Source: Lingula anatina (lineage: Eukaryota > Animalia > Brachiopoda). From it: 64,000 nt of DNA. The notes beneath the pieces were generated by a model. It searched no databases. It saw only the letters and a program-made list of their open reading frames with translations, and was not told the origin of the DNA. Shown here in pieces: positions 37,597 to 49,976 of the stretch; the first letter of the stretch is position 1; each line of letters starts with the position of its first letter. The DNA is taken from positions 20,684,651 to 20,748,650 of the forward strand of contig CM120647.1 in assembly GCA_051362555.1 (NCBI GenBank), read 5' to 3'. The translations under genes were made by a program, and so were the position numbers.

Positions 37597-38752
37597 GTAG
37601 ATGGGTGGGTTGGTAGGTGGGAGATGGGTCTATACACTGTAGATGGGTGGGTGGGTGGGTTGGTAGGTGGGAGATGGGTCTATACACTGTAGATGGGTGG
37701 GTGGGTTGGTAGGTGGGAGATGGGTCTATACACTGTAGGTGGGTGGGTGGGTGGGTTGGTAGGTGGGAGATGGGTCTATACACTGTAGATGGGTGGGTGG
37801 GTGGGTTGGTAGGTGGGAGATGGGTCTATACACTGTAGATGGGTGGGTGGGTTGGTAGGTGGGAGATGGGTCTATACACTGTAGATGGGTGGGTGGGTTG
37901 GTAGGTGGGAGATGGGTCTATACACTGTAGATGGGTGGGTGGGTTGGTAGGTGGGAGATGGGTCTATACACTGTAGATGGGTGGGTGGGTTGGTAGGTGG
38001 GAGATGGGTCTATACACTGTAGATGGGTGGGTGGGTTGGTAGGTGGGGGATGGGTCTATAGATGGGTGGGTGGGTTGGTAGGTGGGAGATGGGTCTATAC
38101 ACTGTAGATGGGTGGGTGGGTTGGTAGGTGGGAGATGGGTCTATACACTGTAGATGGGTGGGTGGGTGGGTTGGTAGGTGGGAGATGGGTCTATACACTG
38201 TAGATGGGTGGGTGGGTAGGTGGGAGATGGGTCTATACACTGTAGATGGGTGGGTGGGTGGGTTGGTAGGTGGGAGATGGGTCTATACACTGTAGATGGG
38301 TGGGTGGGTGGGTTGGTAGGTGGGGGATGGGTCTATACACTGTAGATGGGTGGGTGGGTTGGTAGGTGGGAGATGGGTCTATAGATGGGTGGGTGGGTTG
38401 GTAGGTGGGAGATGGGTCTATACACTGTAGATGGGTGGGTGGGTTGGTAGGTGGGGGATGGGTCTATAGGTGGGTGGGTTGGTAGGTGGGAGATGGGTCT
38501 ATACACTGTAGATGGGTGGGTGGGTTGGTAGGTGGGGGATGGGTCTATACACTGTAGATGGGTGGGTGGGTTGGTAGGTGGGGGATGGGTCTATAGATGG
38601 GTGGGTGGGTTGGTAGGTGGGAGATGGGTCTATACACTGTAGATGGGTGGGTGGGTTGGTAGGTGGGAGATGGGTCTATACACTGTAGATGGGTGGGTGG
38701 GTTGGTAGGTGGGGGATGGGTCTATAGGTGGGTGGGTGGGTTGGTAGGTGGG
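37597..38752 (+). repeat. G-rich minisatellite, 46-bp modal unit with length variants
   Basis: Unit TAGATGGGTGGGTGGGTTGGTAGGTGGGAGATGGGTCTATACACTG, about 25 copies; variants gain or lose GGGT, or lack ACACTGT. Confidence 0.95.
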
Positions 38753-40263
38753 TACAAAGGTGGATGGGAAAAGGTAGATTGGTGGGTGGATGGGTGGGTT
38801 TTACATTCAGTATGTTTACCCCCAGTAGCTCTTTCAATATATTAATGTAAAAAAGCAACTTCATAAGTACATCAATGATGGCTAAATAGTTTGTTTAAAA
38901 AAACTATTAGTCTAATTAATATCTTGTTAAAATGGAAAGTTATGCATTAAGTTCATAGTGTGAATGCTATGGCTGTGGTCTATTGCTGGCTGTGGCCCAT
39001 TGCTGGCTGTGGCCCAGATTTAAGACACATAATACATGTTCCCCCATTGAACAGAATGATTTTGTGCCCATAGATCCCATGGATATTGACCAATCAATCA
39101 TCACCTCTTAAACTGATTGAGATATGCTATCTTCAGTCGGTTGGTTTGTGGCTTTGTTCTGCACAGATTTAACACAGCTTGGCGGTCATTGTCATTTAGG
39201 AAAACGCATGCAATGTATTTGTAAATGCATCAATCATTATAGCTGCAGGGTACTGTCTTGAAGTTAAATCAGCAAACGGTTCTTGTTTAATAAGGAAGTG
39301 TATGCAGTATTTGTAATTGCATTGTTATTGCCTAATTAAGTGTGCTTTTGTATGAGAGTTAAAACAGCATGTCAAATTTTGTTTTATAAGAAAGTGAAAA
39401 AAATTGGTTATTGCATTGTTATTAACTGGGTGTACTTTTGAAAAGTACTCAGACTAGCTGATTATTGTTAAAAATTGATATTTAGATTAAGTTGGGCATT
39501 TTTTTTTTCTTGATAAGAGTCTGTTGTGATGAAAACAGGATGATCATTGCTACAGAAACTAAGTGTGTATAGATTTGTTAAGTTAGGATAAATGTGATTT
39601 TTATGAAAATACCATAATTGCTGCTACACGTCACTTTTATTGTCATGATGTACTTTATATGTGTTCTGTAGATGAATATTTGAAATGAGATTCTGACTAT
39701 AACTTAAGTCAGCATTATTGGAAAACTTGATTTATTTTTCACCTTTATTTCTGATTGAAATAATTCGCAAATGGTTGCCAATTTTTTATATATTTAAACC
39801 AACACAAGAAAAATATGCCATATTTGCATCAATTAAGTGTATTTTTTCTTAACATAGAGGTACTGAATATATTACGAAGCCAGCTATTTACAGTTCATTC
39901 CTACATGTTTTGATCTGCATTAATTTTACAGACATCTCAACATCTCCTTAACCTGGAAAACAATAACCCAGAATCAGCTTGTCCTCATCGTTTCACTCTC
40001 CCCACATATCTCAGACTATTTGTCATGCGTAACTGCAATTTACTATAATTGGATGTTTAAAAGGATAGCAAGAAGATTCCCTAAATCCAATTTGCGCTAA
40101 TTTTCCAACTATTATCCATTGATTTGAATGATCTTCCAATTATATTACCTCAGACTTTGCTTTTTTGTCTATGAAAACATTTGAGCAAGCAGATGGCATT
40201 TCCCTCGGTTGCCTGCTCTCTGCACCCTGAGTATCATAGGGCGTAATCAGATTGGCACATTGA

Positions 40264-40423
40264 ACTAGCTGGGTCGGTCCAACTCTGCAGGAGATTCTCA
40301 CTAAAATGCAATCAGTGGAATCAGCACATGATAGTTAATAACCCCCTGGCTCCTAAAGGAGGCATGTCAGACAATTAAGCTGATTCCACTGATTGCATTT
40401 TAGTGAGAATCCCTCACAGAGTT
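40264..40423. mobile_element. Foldback MITE, family E (related to A/B/C)
   Basis: Arms GATTCTCACTAAAATGCAATCAGTGGAATCAGC / GCTGATTCCACTGATTGCATTTTAGTGAGAATC form a perfect inverted repeat. Confidence 0.75.
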
Positions 40424-41179
40424 TGGTATGAAAGTGCTCACTTTTTTTTTTTTTTTCGGAAAAACACTCCTTAAACCAAATAAAGCATATATTGCCACGG
40501 TAGTGTAACATCTCTAGGTATGTGTGGAAGCTCATCACCTATTTACTTGAACCATGCCCCATACTGCAGTTTTCAGAACTCTGAAATTCAGGGTGTTGCT
40601 ATAGCTATGAGTTATCCTTGTCCTGTATGACAATAATATATTTTCATTCTAAATTTGAAGGGAATACTTTTGATGCTCCAGTAATTGATGATTTCCTGAA
40701 TGGAGATAATGACGTTGTGGACTCTCAGTCTGCTCTCTCACTGATCAGAACAGACATTTGTGGAAAAGTAATATTGAATGTTTCTTTTTATGTCATTATT
40801 GGTTTATTTTCAAAAATGCTGGAAGAAGACCGAAAGTTGTTCATCAACAAACAGCACATTGGGCTTTACTTTTGGAGAAGATGAATTGATTTCTTTTTGT
40901 ACACGTTTTTTTTTTTTTTTTTTTTTTTTTTTTTGTAAAGGGGAATGCTACACAGAATTTAAAGTTATTATAAGTATTTACGTGAAGCTATTTATTCCCT
41001 AGTCTGACATCATGTTATTTTCATGATGATTAACCTAGATCTGTGCAAAAATGATCAATTTTTAACTTACGTACTATTTTTAAAACAGATGTTATAATTG
41101 TTGATTGGGTTCTATAGTTTCATGCATCTAGGTAGACAACATACTCTGTATAAAAGTCTGCATTCTGATTAAAGCACTG

Positions 41180-41385
41180 TACCAGCTGGATCAATCCAAC
41201 TCCTGGGGGGGGGGGGGAGATTCTTACAAAAAGTGCATGTAGTTTTATCAGCTTAATTGTCAGACACCCCTCTTTGAGTAGCTACTTAATTAGTTAATTA
41301 CCCCAAACATGTCATACATTTAAGCCAATTACAGTGGTTGTACTTAGGAAGAATCTCCCACAGAGTTAGATCAATCCAGCTAGTA
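41180..41385. mobile_element. Foldback MITE, family E (degenerate)
   Basis: Inverted ends TACCAGCTGGATCAATCCAACTC / GAGTTAGATCAATCCAGCTAGTA; interior resembles 40264-40423 in opposite orientation. Confidence 0.65.
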
Positions 41386-42265
41386 TCATGGGTTTATATG
41401 AGTGCTCCCAAAGTCATTATACTTTCAGTAAAACAGTTTTGAACTGCCAAAACTTTGCAGTCAAACAAACTCATTATTACTGTAGTAACACCAGGGAATT
41501 GAAAACACAGAAAACCCCCCTCCTGACACAAGGAAGACATTCAGACTCCACTTTGATTTCATTAATCAGATTTAAAAGTTGTGCAGTGCAAAATTTTCAA
41601 CCGGTCAGCAGAGGGTCAGTGAGGGCCCTTGGGGGGGTCAGCTGAAGAATATTCCAAGATCACAAACTTTGAAAAATAAAGATGTGGCTTTGGTTATGAA
41701 GATGTAAAAGAATGAGAATAATATTTAGCTGAATTTCTAGATGTTGACTTTATCTTTGGTCGGAAGATGCAGGGAAGGGGTTTCATGATGGATCTCATCT
41801 TCTTTATGTGCATACCCTTTGATGGTTATATATATAAAGACCTAATTGTGATTTACAAGCTCTTCCACCCTGATGATGTCAAATCAATTATACTTACTTA
41901 TAGCCAGATACAAGGCATTTTGAACAGTGATTGTAAATTAATAAGGGTTGCAAAGTCATGAACCATACAATTTGTTCTAAGAAGGAAATGCCAACAGATC
42001 TATGATCAGGTGTGTTCCATACATGTATGTGTGAGCTCAAACTAAACTTTTTTTTTCTCTGTCAGTAGGTTCTAAAGACCTTTGTTTAACCCCAGATGCC
42101 CTGGCTGTTTATTATGCCATTTCCGTGACAAATTTTCCAGTAAAGTACATTAAGAATGCAAATCATAAATGGCCAACTATCAGTTAGTAGAAGCAGATGT
42201 TAACTGGAAATGAAGATGCTTAGTGTCGATCAGTCTACGGTGTGAGGTATAAGTTTTATTCATTT

Positions 42266-42308
<43 letters not shown>

Positions 42309-43129
42309 TTTTCATTTCAAAACTGTGAAGAAAGACTTTCTCCTGAACCTATTGAATAAATTATCAAATGAATGAAACCCTGTATTTTCTTATATATTTT
42401 TCATATGACTGATATTATAAACACAGTGGTCATACAGACAGTGTTCTCTCCTCCACATTGTGATCATATACCAGTTACAGAAACTTAAAGGTGGAACTTG
42501 AAGATCTTTACAAACATTCATTACATAGAGGTTAATAGTTCATACTTTTAAGACATGCATCTGGGGCTGTTTTCACAAGAGAAACTGTAGACCGAAATGT
42601 GGTCTTAACTTTAAAACTAATATCTATTAATCTAACTTGATGCGAGATAGTTAGATGTAGATTGAATTAGAATAAATTGAATTAAATTTATGTATGTTTT
42701 ATAATAAGAAAGTTAGCTGATGTTTCAAACCACTACTTCCTGTCTGTAATTGAATTGCTATCAGTTTATCTTGCATTAATTTAAACAAATTTAGGGGGTT
42801 TTTTTAGGTAAGAGCAATTTTCAAATGAAAGTTTTTTTTTGTGAATCCTGTCCTAAGTGTAATACATTGTAAATTAAGTCAGCAGCTAAAACTCGCTTTA
42901 TTTTTAACCTTTTAATGGTCAGCCTGCAAGCACTTACAATGGCATATACCCACAGGGTCTCGTGCATGAGAATAATTACTACAATTCAATTATTTATTTC
43001 ATCCAAACATTTAGCCTAATCTGTTTACTGAACTTTTGACTTGACATTACTTCTGTTTGGTTGGACAAGGTTTTAAGGCACATTGGCCAAGACTGATTGC
43101 AGACTCACTGACCACTGCGGCCTCTCCTA

Positions 43130-43378
43130 GGATTCATTCCCATGGAAACTATTGTTCTACATAGTCCAGCTCCACAAGAACTCTTGCTGAATGCAATCAG
43201 TTTAACAGGTTGACACTCCACTTGTTTCCAACATACTCATATGATCACCAGCTTTTCTGTATTCTACCCAAGGCCAGGAGGAGGCATGTTAAAAATGTTA
43301 AACTGCTTGCATTCAGCAAGAGTCCTTACGGAGTTGGATCGATTTATATAGACTGATAGTATCGGTGGGAATGAGCCC
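43130..43378. mobile_element. Harbinger-like MITE, family B
   Basis: Ends GGATTCATTCCCA / TGGGAATGAGCCC; inner IR ACTCTTGCTGAATGCAA / TTGCATTCAGCAAGAGT; related copies at 1-161 and 55351-55505. Confidence 0.8.
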
Positions 43379-43472
43379 CCAAAGTGTACCACCAGTAGCT
43401 ACCCTCTGATATCAAAGGGGTCTCTGAAATAGTATAAAGAATTAAAATATAGGGGGGATTTTGCCTAATTTA

Positions 43473-43647
43473 GGCTCCATTCAGAATATGGGACTTACTA
43501 GTGCAAGGGTCAAATATGGTGACCCACTACAAAGCTTGCTGTCTAACCTGCTAATAGACACTGAATAGATATCCCGTGGGAAAGTATCCAAGTGAGTGGG
43601 CCATATTTGACCCTCAGACTAGTAAATCCACTATTCTGAATGGGGCC
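43473..43647. mobile_element. Harbinger-like MITE, family D2
   Basis: TIRs GGCTCCATTCAGAATA... / ...TATTCTGAATGGGGCC, flanks TTA/ATA; matches 13987-14160. Confidence 0.85.
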
Positions 43648-43772
43648 ATAGATGTCTGCTCTTATGTAACTTTCCTGCCCCTTCCCTCTCCTGAAACAGT
43701 GGCTCAGCAGCAGAGGAGGATAATTGTGGGGTTGGGTGCAATCACTCTTCAGGGAATCTGGTGTGAGTCTAA

Positions 43773-44028
43773 GAGACCATTCCCAGAGGCTGTCCTACTA
43801 ACTTTGTATCAAACAATCTCCAAGTGGGTTCTCACTCAATTGCTATTAACTTAAGCGGCTTAGATGTCTGTCATGCCTACTGAAGCTGATAAGGGGTAAT
43901 TAACCAACGTTTAGCAGCTTTAGCAGGCATGCCAGACATTTTAGCAACTTAACTGAAAGCAATTTAGTGACAGACCCCGTGGAGATGGATTGATGCTGCT
44001 AGATTGATAGAGGGATGGGAACCCAGTC
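43773..44028. mobile_element. Harbinger-like MITE, family C (symmetric relative of A)
   Basis: Ends GAGACCATTCCCA / TGGGAACCCAGTC with TAA on both sides; interior ATGTCTGTC..GCCTACT.AAGCTG..AAGGGGTAATTAAC shared with family A. Confidence 0.8.
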
Positions 44029-44031
44029 TAA

Positions 44032-44249
44032 GACTGCATTCCCACAGTAGATTTTAGATTGATCTATCCCCATGGGGAGTCTCACTAGATTACTGTCAGC
44101 TTAGCTGGTTTAAATGTCTGTCCCACCTACTAAAAGCTGTGAAGGGGTAATTAACTCCTGTGCGCGCTCGGCTGACAGCAATTTAGCATGAACCCCCAGG
44201 GAGTTAGGTCGATCCAGATGGATCGATCTAAATCTGTGAGAATGTAGTC
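44032..44249 (+). mobile_element. Harbinger-like MITE, family A
   Basis: Ends GACTGCATTCCCACAG / CTGTGAGAATGTAGTC, TSD TAA. Confidence 0.9.
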
Positions 44250-45050
44250 TAAGGCCATGCTTGACTTTACATTATGTACTCTAGATATGGGTATGCACCA
44301 CTTAGTACCAAGGTGTGAAATCACCCCAACTGACAAATGGTGTGGTAAGAAATGAGTTCCTTTTGACCATCTCAGTTCCATATGATAATTTTGTAACAGA
44401 CTACTAACTGAATCTGTGGCCAGAGAGTAACCAGTAGCCTAGCTATATGATTATGATCTCTGTAGATGAAATTTGCCCTGGGAAATGTTGCATGTTTCTG
44501 ATGATAATGGATAAAGCAATACATCTTGACTGAGACAGATTAAAGAGAGAGAGACAGAGAGATGAAAAAAGCCGTATGTGTACTAGACTAACATAAAAAA
44601 AATCAGTGTCAAGTCAGTGGACACGGGGATAAAGAAGAAAGTCACATTCTTGTAACTTAAACAGCAACTAGTTTAGTTGATCCATCATTATTATTATTAG
44701 TAATGAAGTCAAATTGAAGAAGGCCATAAGTGTTAATTTAGAGGTGGTGTCATGTAGCAAAATCATTGTTCTCAATTTTCCCTCTATATGTGCCATTTAT
44801 ACAGAAAGAATAGAAGCAAAAACAGGAAAAAATGACTGACTGTACCCATCCTGTCTTTTCTTACCGAGGAAATATAGACTTACATTTTAAAGGATCCAAA
44901 AGTTTTTTTTTTTTTTTAGTTTTTACCCATCTGCTGTCTCTCATTTTAACAACAAAAAATAAAATCTTTAGCAATTATATCTTACCCGAATAGCAATCCA
45001 ATTTCCATTATATGTGAATTTTAATTTAAATATCAATGGCTGAATAAATA

Positions 45051-45093
45051 CTTATCTTATCTTATCTTATCTTATCTTATCTTATCTTATCTT
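45051..45093. repeat. (CTTAT)n microsatellite
   Basis: Read directly. Confidence 0.9.
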
Positions 45094-45142
45094 AAATTAC
45101 ACAGATACCCCCCCCCCCCCCCCCCCCCCCCGGTCTGCCTAA

Positions 45143-45357
45143 GACTGGGTTCCCACAGATTTAGATCGATCCATCTGGATTGACCTAACTCCCTGGGGGT
45201 TCACGCTAAATTGCTGTCAGCAGAGCACACACGAAAGCTAATTACCCCCTTACAGCTTTTAGTGGGCAGGACAGACCTTTAAGCTGGCTAAACTGACAGC
45301 AATCTAGTTAGACTCCCCACAGGGATAGATCGATCTAAAATCTGTGGGAATGCAGTC
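45143..45357 (-). mobile_element. Harbinger-like MITE, family A
   Basis: Ends GACTGGGTTCCCACAG / CTGTGGGAATGCAGTC, TSD TAA. Confidence 0.9.
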
Positions 45358-47173
45358 TAAGCTTATTAAGTTTTATGTTAAATATATGGCATAAGGCAAA
45401 ACTACCAATCATCATAACAGTATAAAAATAAATCAGTTGAAATACTTACCTGAATTGCAGTGGCAATGTGTGGGACAACAGATTGTCTAGATTGCCTTCC
45501 TGTGGTTAGGTATCCTAAACAGGCACCTGTTGAGTCAAAGCGCTAATTAGTTAGGACTGTGCATCTTCAGTGCAAGCAGGACTTAAGACAGTACCTTATA
45601 AATAGAGTCAGCTTCCCACATGGCTCTCAGCTAAAGGCCTAGGGCCAGCATTTTTAAAGGTGTTCGGATTCTTTTTTCCAAAAAGTACATCTTTTTCTAA
45701 GAATCATAACCTGGTGGAACCTTGATCAAATTATGATTCAGAGCCTATGTTTTCCTGGGGAAAAAGGATGGCAATATATTGGTTGGAAACCCTCCTGAAA
45801 CTTCCCTGCCTTCAGGCCTGTGTCACCTGCAGTATGGTAGCATGTAAATGATTTGTAGTGGAATCTAGTGATTTGTCAACCATGTCCCAGTACAAAACTC
45901 CAGTAGCTGTGACTGCTGCCAGCACTGGTATATTAATGCTAAATCCCTTTCAAATTGATAAATTATGGAGAACCTGTATCTCTTCAAGTTGAAGGTGCTG
46001 TCAGTTTGTTTTTTTTTTTTGCTGAACTTTGCAATATGCACATTGTTGTCTTTAATTAGCACACTGTTTGAAAGCTTTTTTTCATTCTTTAGGAAATGTC
46101 TCTTTTTTAAAAAAATAATGCTCTCATTTATTCAAATTATCAAAAAATGCCCCTCTCTACCCCCCCCCCCCCCCCAAAAAAAAAAAAAAAGGAAAAAGAA
46201 CTCATGATAAAGACTCTGATCTTTATCTCTTGTTATATAAAAATAGTTCAACTTTTTGCCATAGTATGACTGTACTGGTAAAGTGGAAAAAGAAGGAATG
46301 ATGTTAGATATGCCAGCCTAATGATGCGGGTACCACATAGGTGGTGTCCCCTGATTTCAGGTTAAAAAACACAACTGCTGAGTTTTGTGAGATTATAACA
46401 GAAGAATTTTTGGGGTTGAGTTCCCATAATTAATCTTGATCTATTTCTTTTAGTGTATGATTATTTCTTAATGTCTGAAACTTGGATTTCAAAGTCGCTT
46501 TACTCATAATGTCACAGAAAATAAAACAGTGACAGGTTTGCTGACATCTATCCTTAGAACACTCTCTTCAAATTTTCTTTTTAGTTTCCACAAAAACACA
46601 GTCTTTATTTGTAAAGTTACTGTTAATCTTTCTGTGTTTTGTATATTGAATGCATATATTGCATTTCAGAGTCCTTTTCTTGAATGCCAGCATCACTCAA
46701 ATGGAAGAAAAATTGTGAAATTGCATCCCAAAGTTGGCAACTCCCAATCATACAATTACTCTTATCACTATGTGACATCTCTCACAATGCTTCAAACATG
46801 GAAATAGTCTTCCTTTGAGTGATTTATGTGCCCTTTAGATTACAATAATACTAGATATCATGCAATTCAAGAATCATTTCTTTATAGGGGTGCCTAGAAA
46901 GGTTTTTGTGCATTATTTAATTTTGAAATATTCTTTTGAAAGTGATATATCTAGGGTTACAGCAGGTCTTGGGAATTTGTTTAACTTTCACAAACTTTAA
47001 GGTGGATTTTTGTGACAATGTTTCAGTTATATATAATTATGCACATACCAAATATAACATACATTTTACAAGATTTGCTCAATATAAATGTTGAGTAATT
47101 AATTGAGGAATTATGCAGGCTCTACTGTACGTACAGAAATGTATTTTATTAGGTTCATCTAATGTAACACTAA

Positions 47174-47392
47174 GATCCCATTCCCATAGATTTTAGATTG
47201 ATCTATCCCTGTGGGGAGTCTCACTAGATTACTGTCAGCTTAGCCGGCTTAAGCGTCTGCCCCGCCTACTAAAAGCTGTAAAGGGGTAATTAACTTTGGC
47301 GCGCGCTCGGCTGACTGCAATTTAGCGTGAACCCCCAGGGAATTAGGTCGATCTAAATCTCTGGATCGATCTCAATCTCTGGGAATGCGCAC
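47174..47392 (+). mobile_element. Harbinger-like MITE, family A
   Basis: Ends GATCCCATTCCCA / TGGGAATGCGCAC, flanks TAA/TTA; interior matches family A and retains more CpGs. Confidence 0.9.
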
Positions 47393-47393
47393 T

Positions 47394-47517
47394 TAGTGTT
47401 TGCCTCTTAGGCAAATTAGTTGCTGGACTGAATGTCTGCAAGGTGGGAAAACTTCTCGGCCCATTCTGAAAGTTGTCCACCCTAGGCAGATGGTCCAGCA
47501 TTAATTTTGAACACTGG
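47394..47517. mobile_element. Small degenerate foldback element abutting the family A copy
   Basis: Arms AGTGTT...AATTAGTTGCTGGAC...TCTGCAAGGTGGGAAAACTT / AAGTTGTCCACCCTAGGCAGATGGTCCAGCATTAATTTTGAACACT. Confidence 0.55.
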
Positions 47518-48040
47518 TATCACTTATCAATAAAAAATATCAAAACCAAGATACATTATATTAAAGTCTGTATATGGGCACCGACCTTATAGCACGGAAG
47601 TGTCCTCAGTGCTGCTGGTCTGACATTTATAAACTTTCCCAATATGCAGGTACTTTAATTATAGTGCATAATCCTATCCCATATATTTCCAATTTTTAAA
47701 AAATCCTCAGTCAATAATACTTCCATCAGTATAGTGAATTAAAGTGTTATTGATGAATATATACTAGTATATTTGACATTAATATAATGCTTATGGTAAG
47801 TAGTCATGGTACCATGTACATGTACATAATTTTTTTAATAAACAGTAGAACAATTAACGGTTTAAAATAAGGCTGATCACTGTTCTTCAACAGTCTGATC
47901 TGCTTTTAATTATCTCCCAATGTAAAAACAAATTATGTAATGTAAGTTATAATAATGTGTATCTCATAGTTGTTATGGTATTTCTAAACATCCATCTTTA
48001 TCCTAAATTTAAATATAACAGTACTGATACTTGCATGTAT

Positions 48041-48253
48041 GACTGGGTTCCCACAGATTCAGATCGATCCATCTGGATCGACCTAACTCCCTGGGGGTTC
48101 ACACTAAATTGTCAGCCGAGCCCGCACTAAAGTTAATTACCCCCTTACAGCTTTTAGTAGGCAGGACAGACATTTAAGCTGGCTAAGCTGATAGCAATCT
48201 AGTGAGACTCTCTTAGGGAATAGATCGATCTAAAAATCTGTGGGAATACAGTA
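48041..48253 (-). mobile_element. Harbinger-like MITE, family A
   Basis: Ends GACTGGGTTCCCACAG / CTGTGGGAATACAGTA, TSD TAT. Confidence 0.9.
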
Positions 48254-48529
48254 TATTTGTCTCATTCTGTTTTCTAGAAGATGACCATATTTGAGTACAA
48301 ACACTTGAGAGTAAAATGAACCCTGACCACAATATATCTCATGTTTGGCATGATTTAACACGGACGCATGCAGTCAGATACTGGTAGACCACCTTTGTTA
48401 TGGTTATGTTGTTTCTTATTGCCATGGTACCAGTTAAATGGAGACAAAATTATCCTAAATGTATCTGCTCATGTGGGATTTCACATATAGTAGTGTGAAG
48501 GTTCACTTAACTTGTCCCTTCCTAAACAC

Positions 48530-49000
48530 GCAACAATGATCAAAAACTAGAGTGACTATTACCTTTTATCAGTGGTCACCAGCATGCAATAATGGTCATT
48601 AATTAACACACAACAGTGGTCATGTCCACCCAACTATAGTCATAAACTTGCAAGAATTGATGGTGATTAGCACCATAACTAATACAAATGGTCATTAGCA
48701 TGCAACAATTAATGTTCATAGCCAAGCAACAATGGTCATAACCGTGCAACAATGGTCATAACCGTGCAACAGTGGTCATAACCCTGCAACAGTGGTCGTC
48801 AACACAATACAGTGTTATTACCCAACAATGATCTTGGGTCAGCAATATATATGTACAATGGTCACAGTACAATGCAATCACACTGTGCAACAGTTTTCAA
48901 AGGTAAAACAGTTGTCATAACTCTGAAACAACCGTCATAACCAATAAACAGTGCAAGTTGTTCCATTGTATCATTGTAACAGTTGTTATGACCCTATAAC
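48530..49000. repeat. Degenerate ~20-bp minisatellite with a conserved core at 48725-48800
   Basis: Unit GCAACA(A/G)TGGTCATAACCGT, about 3.5 near-perfect copies, with decayed copies on both sides. Confidence 0.75.
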
Positions 49001-49525
49001 AACTGTTGTATTCACCACACGTAATGTTCATGTCTACATGGAGCATTCAGTATGTTGGTTCTAATAATACAACTTATATAATCACCCAACTAACTTCACA
49101 ACCACAGTATGTGCCTCCATGCTTTAAATTACATGTACACTCAAAGACAGTGAATCCCTTACCTTGTTGGAGCTTTGTCCAACTAGAGCAGCAGAGGCAC
49201 CAGTATGTTGCTCATATAATGGAAGTACCATCAACCTGTACAGCCTACCTGGGGGAAAAAAGACACCTTATAACTATTGTAAAGGATAAGCTGTGTTAAA
49301 TGCAGTTGGCTTTAAGAAAATGAAATTTAAGTTGTCTCTTATAGTATATGTAGACACTCTGATTGCAAATCCCCTCTTCCCTTCTGCTCCCTGGCAAAAT
49401 GCATGTAAATATGTATTTTAAATGTATTTAACTTGTCTGAGAAGTGCACTCCCTTGGAAATCATTGATTGATAATGCATATGAGGTAAAGTGTAGCCTAT
49501 GCATACTACCTGAAGAATACATATA

Positions 49526-49761
49526 TTTTTACCTCTGCCAAGGAGGTTATGTTTTCACCCCTGTTTGTTTGTTTGTTTGTCTGTCATCAACATAACTCAA
49601 AAAATTATGAACTGATTTTGATGAAGTTTTCAGGAACTGTCAGAAGTGGCCCAATTATCAGATGATTAGTTTTTGGTGGTGATCCGGATCAATAATCAAT
49701 AATTAATAATAAAAATTGCTGCCTTGGCAGAGGTCTTTGCTCTCAGAGTGCTTTTCTAGTT
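49526..49761 (+). mobile_element. Small Helentron-type non-autonomous element (best-preserved copy)
   Basis: Perfect subTIRs ACCTCTGCCAAGG (49531-49543) / CCTTGGCAGAGGT (49722-49734), (GTTT)n tract, 3' CTCTCAGAG hairpin and TTTTCTAGTT end. Confidence 0.85.
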
Positions 49762-49937
49762 ATCACTGTGAAGGAAGGAGGTTATGTAATCATTTTGTTT
49801 GTCAGTGGACAAGATATCTGAAATGAAGTTCTTCATATATTTTGATAATGGTCAGGAAGGAAAGAAGTGTTAAAATAATTTTAACTAAATTAGGGTCTCC
49901 TAACTTTTTGAAAGAATATTCAAATATTTATTGTTTA

Positions 49938-49976
<39 letters not shown>

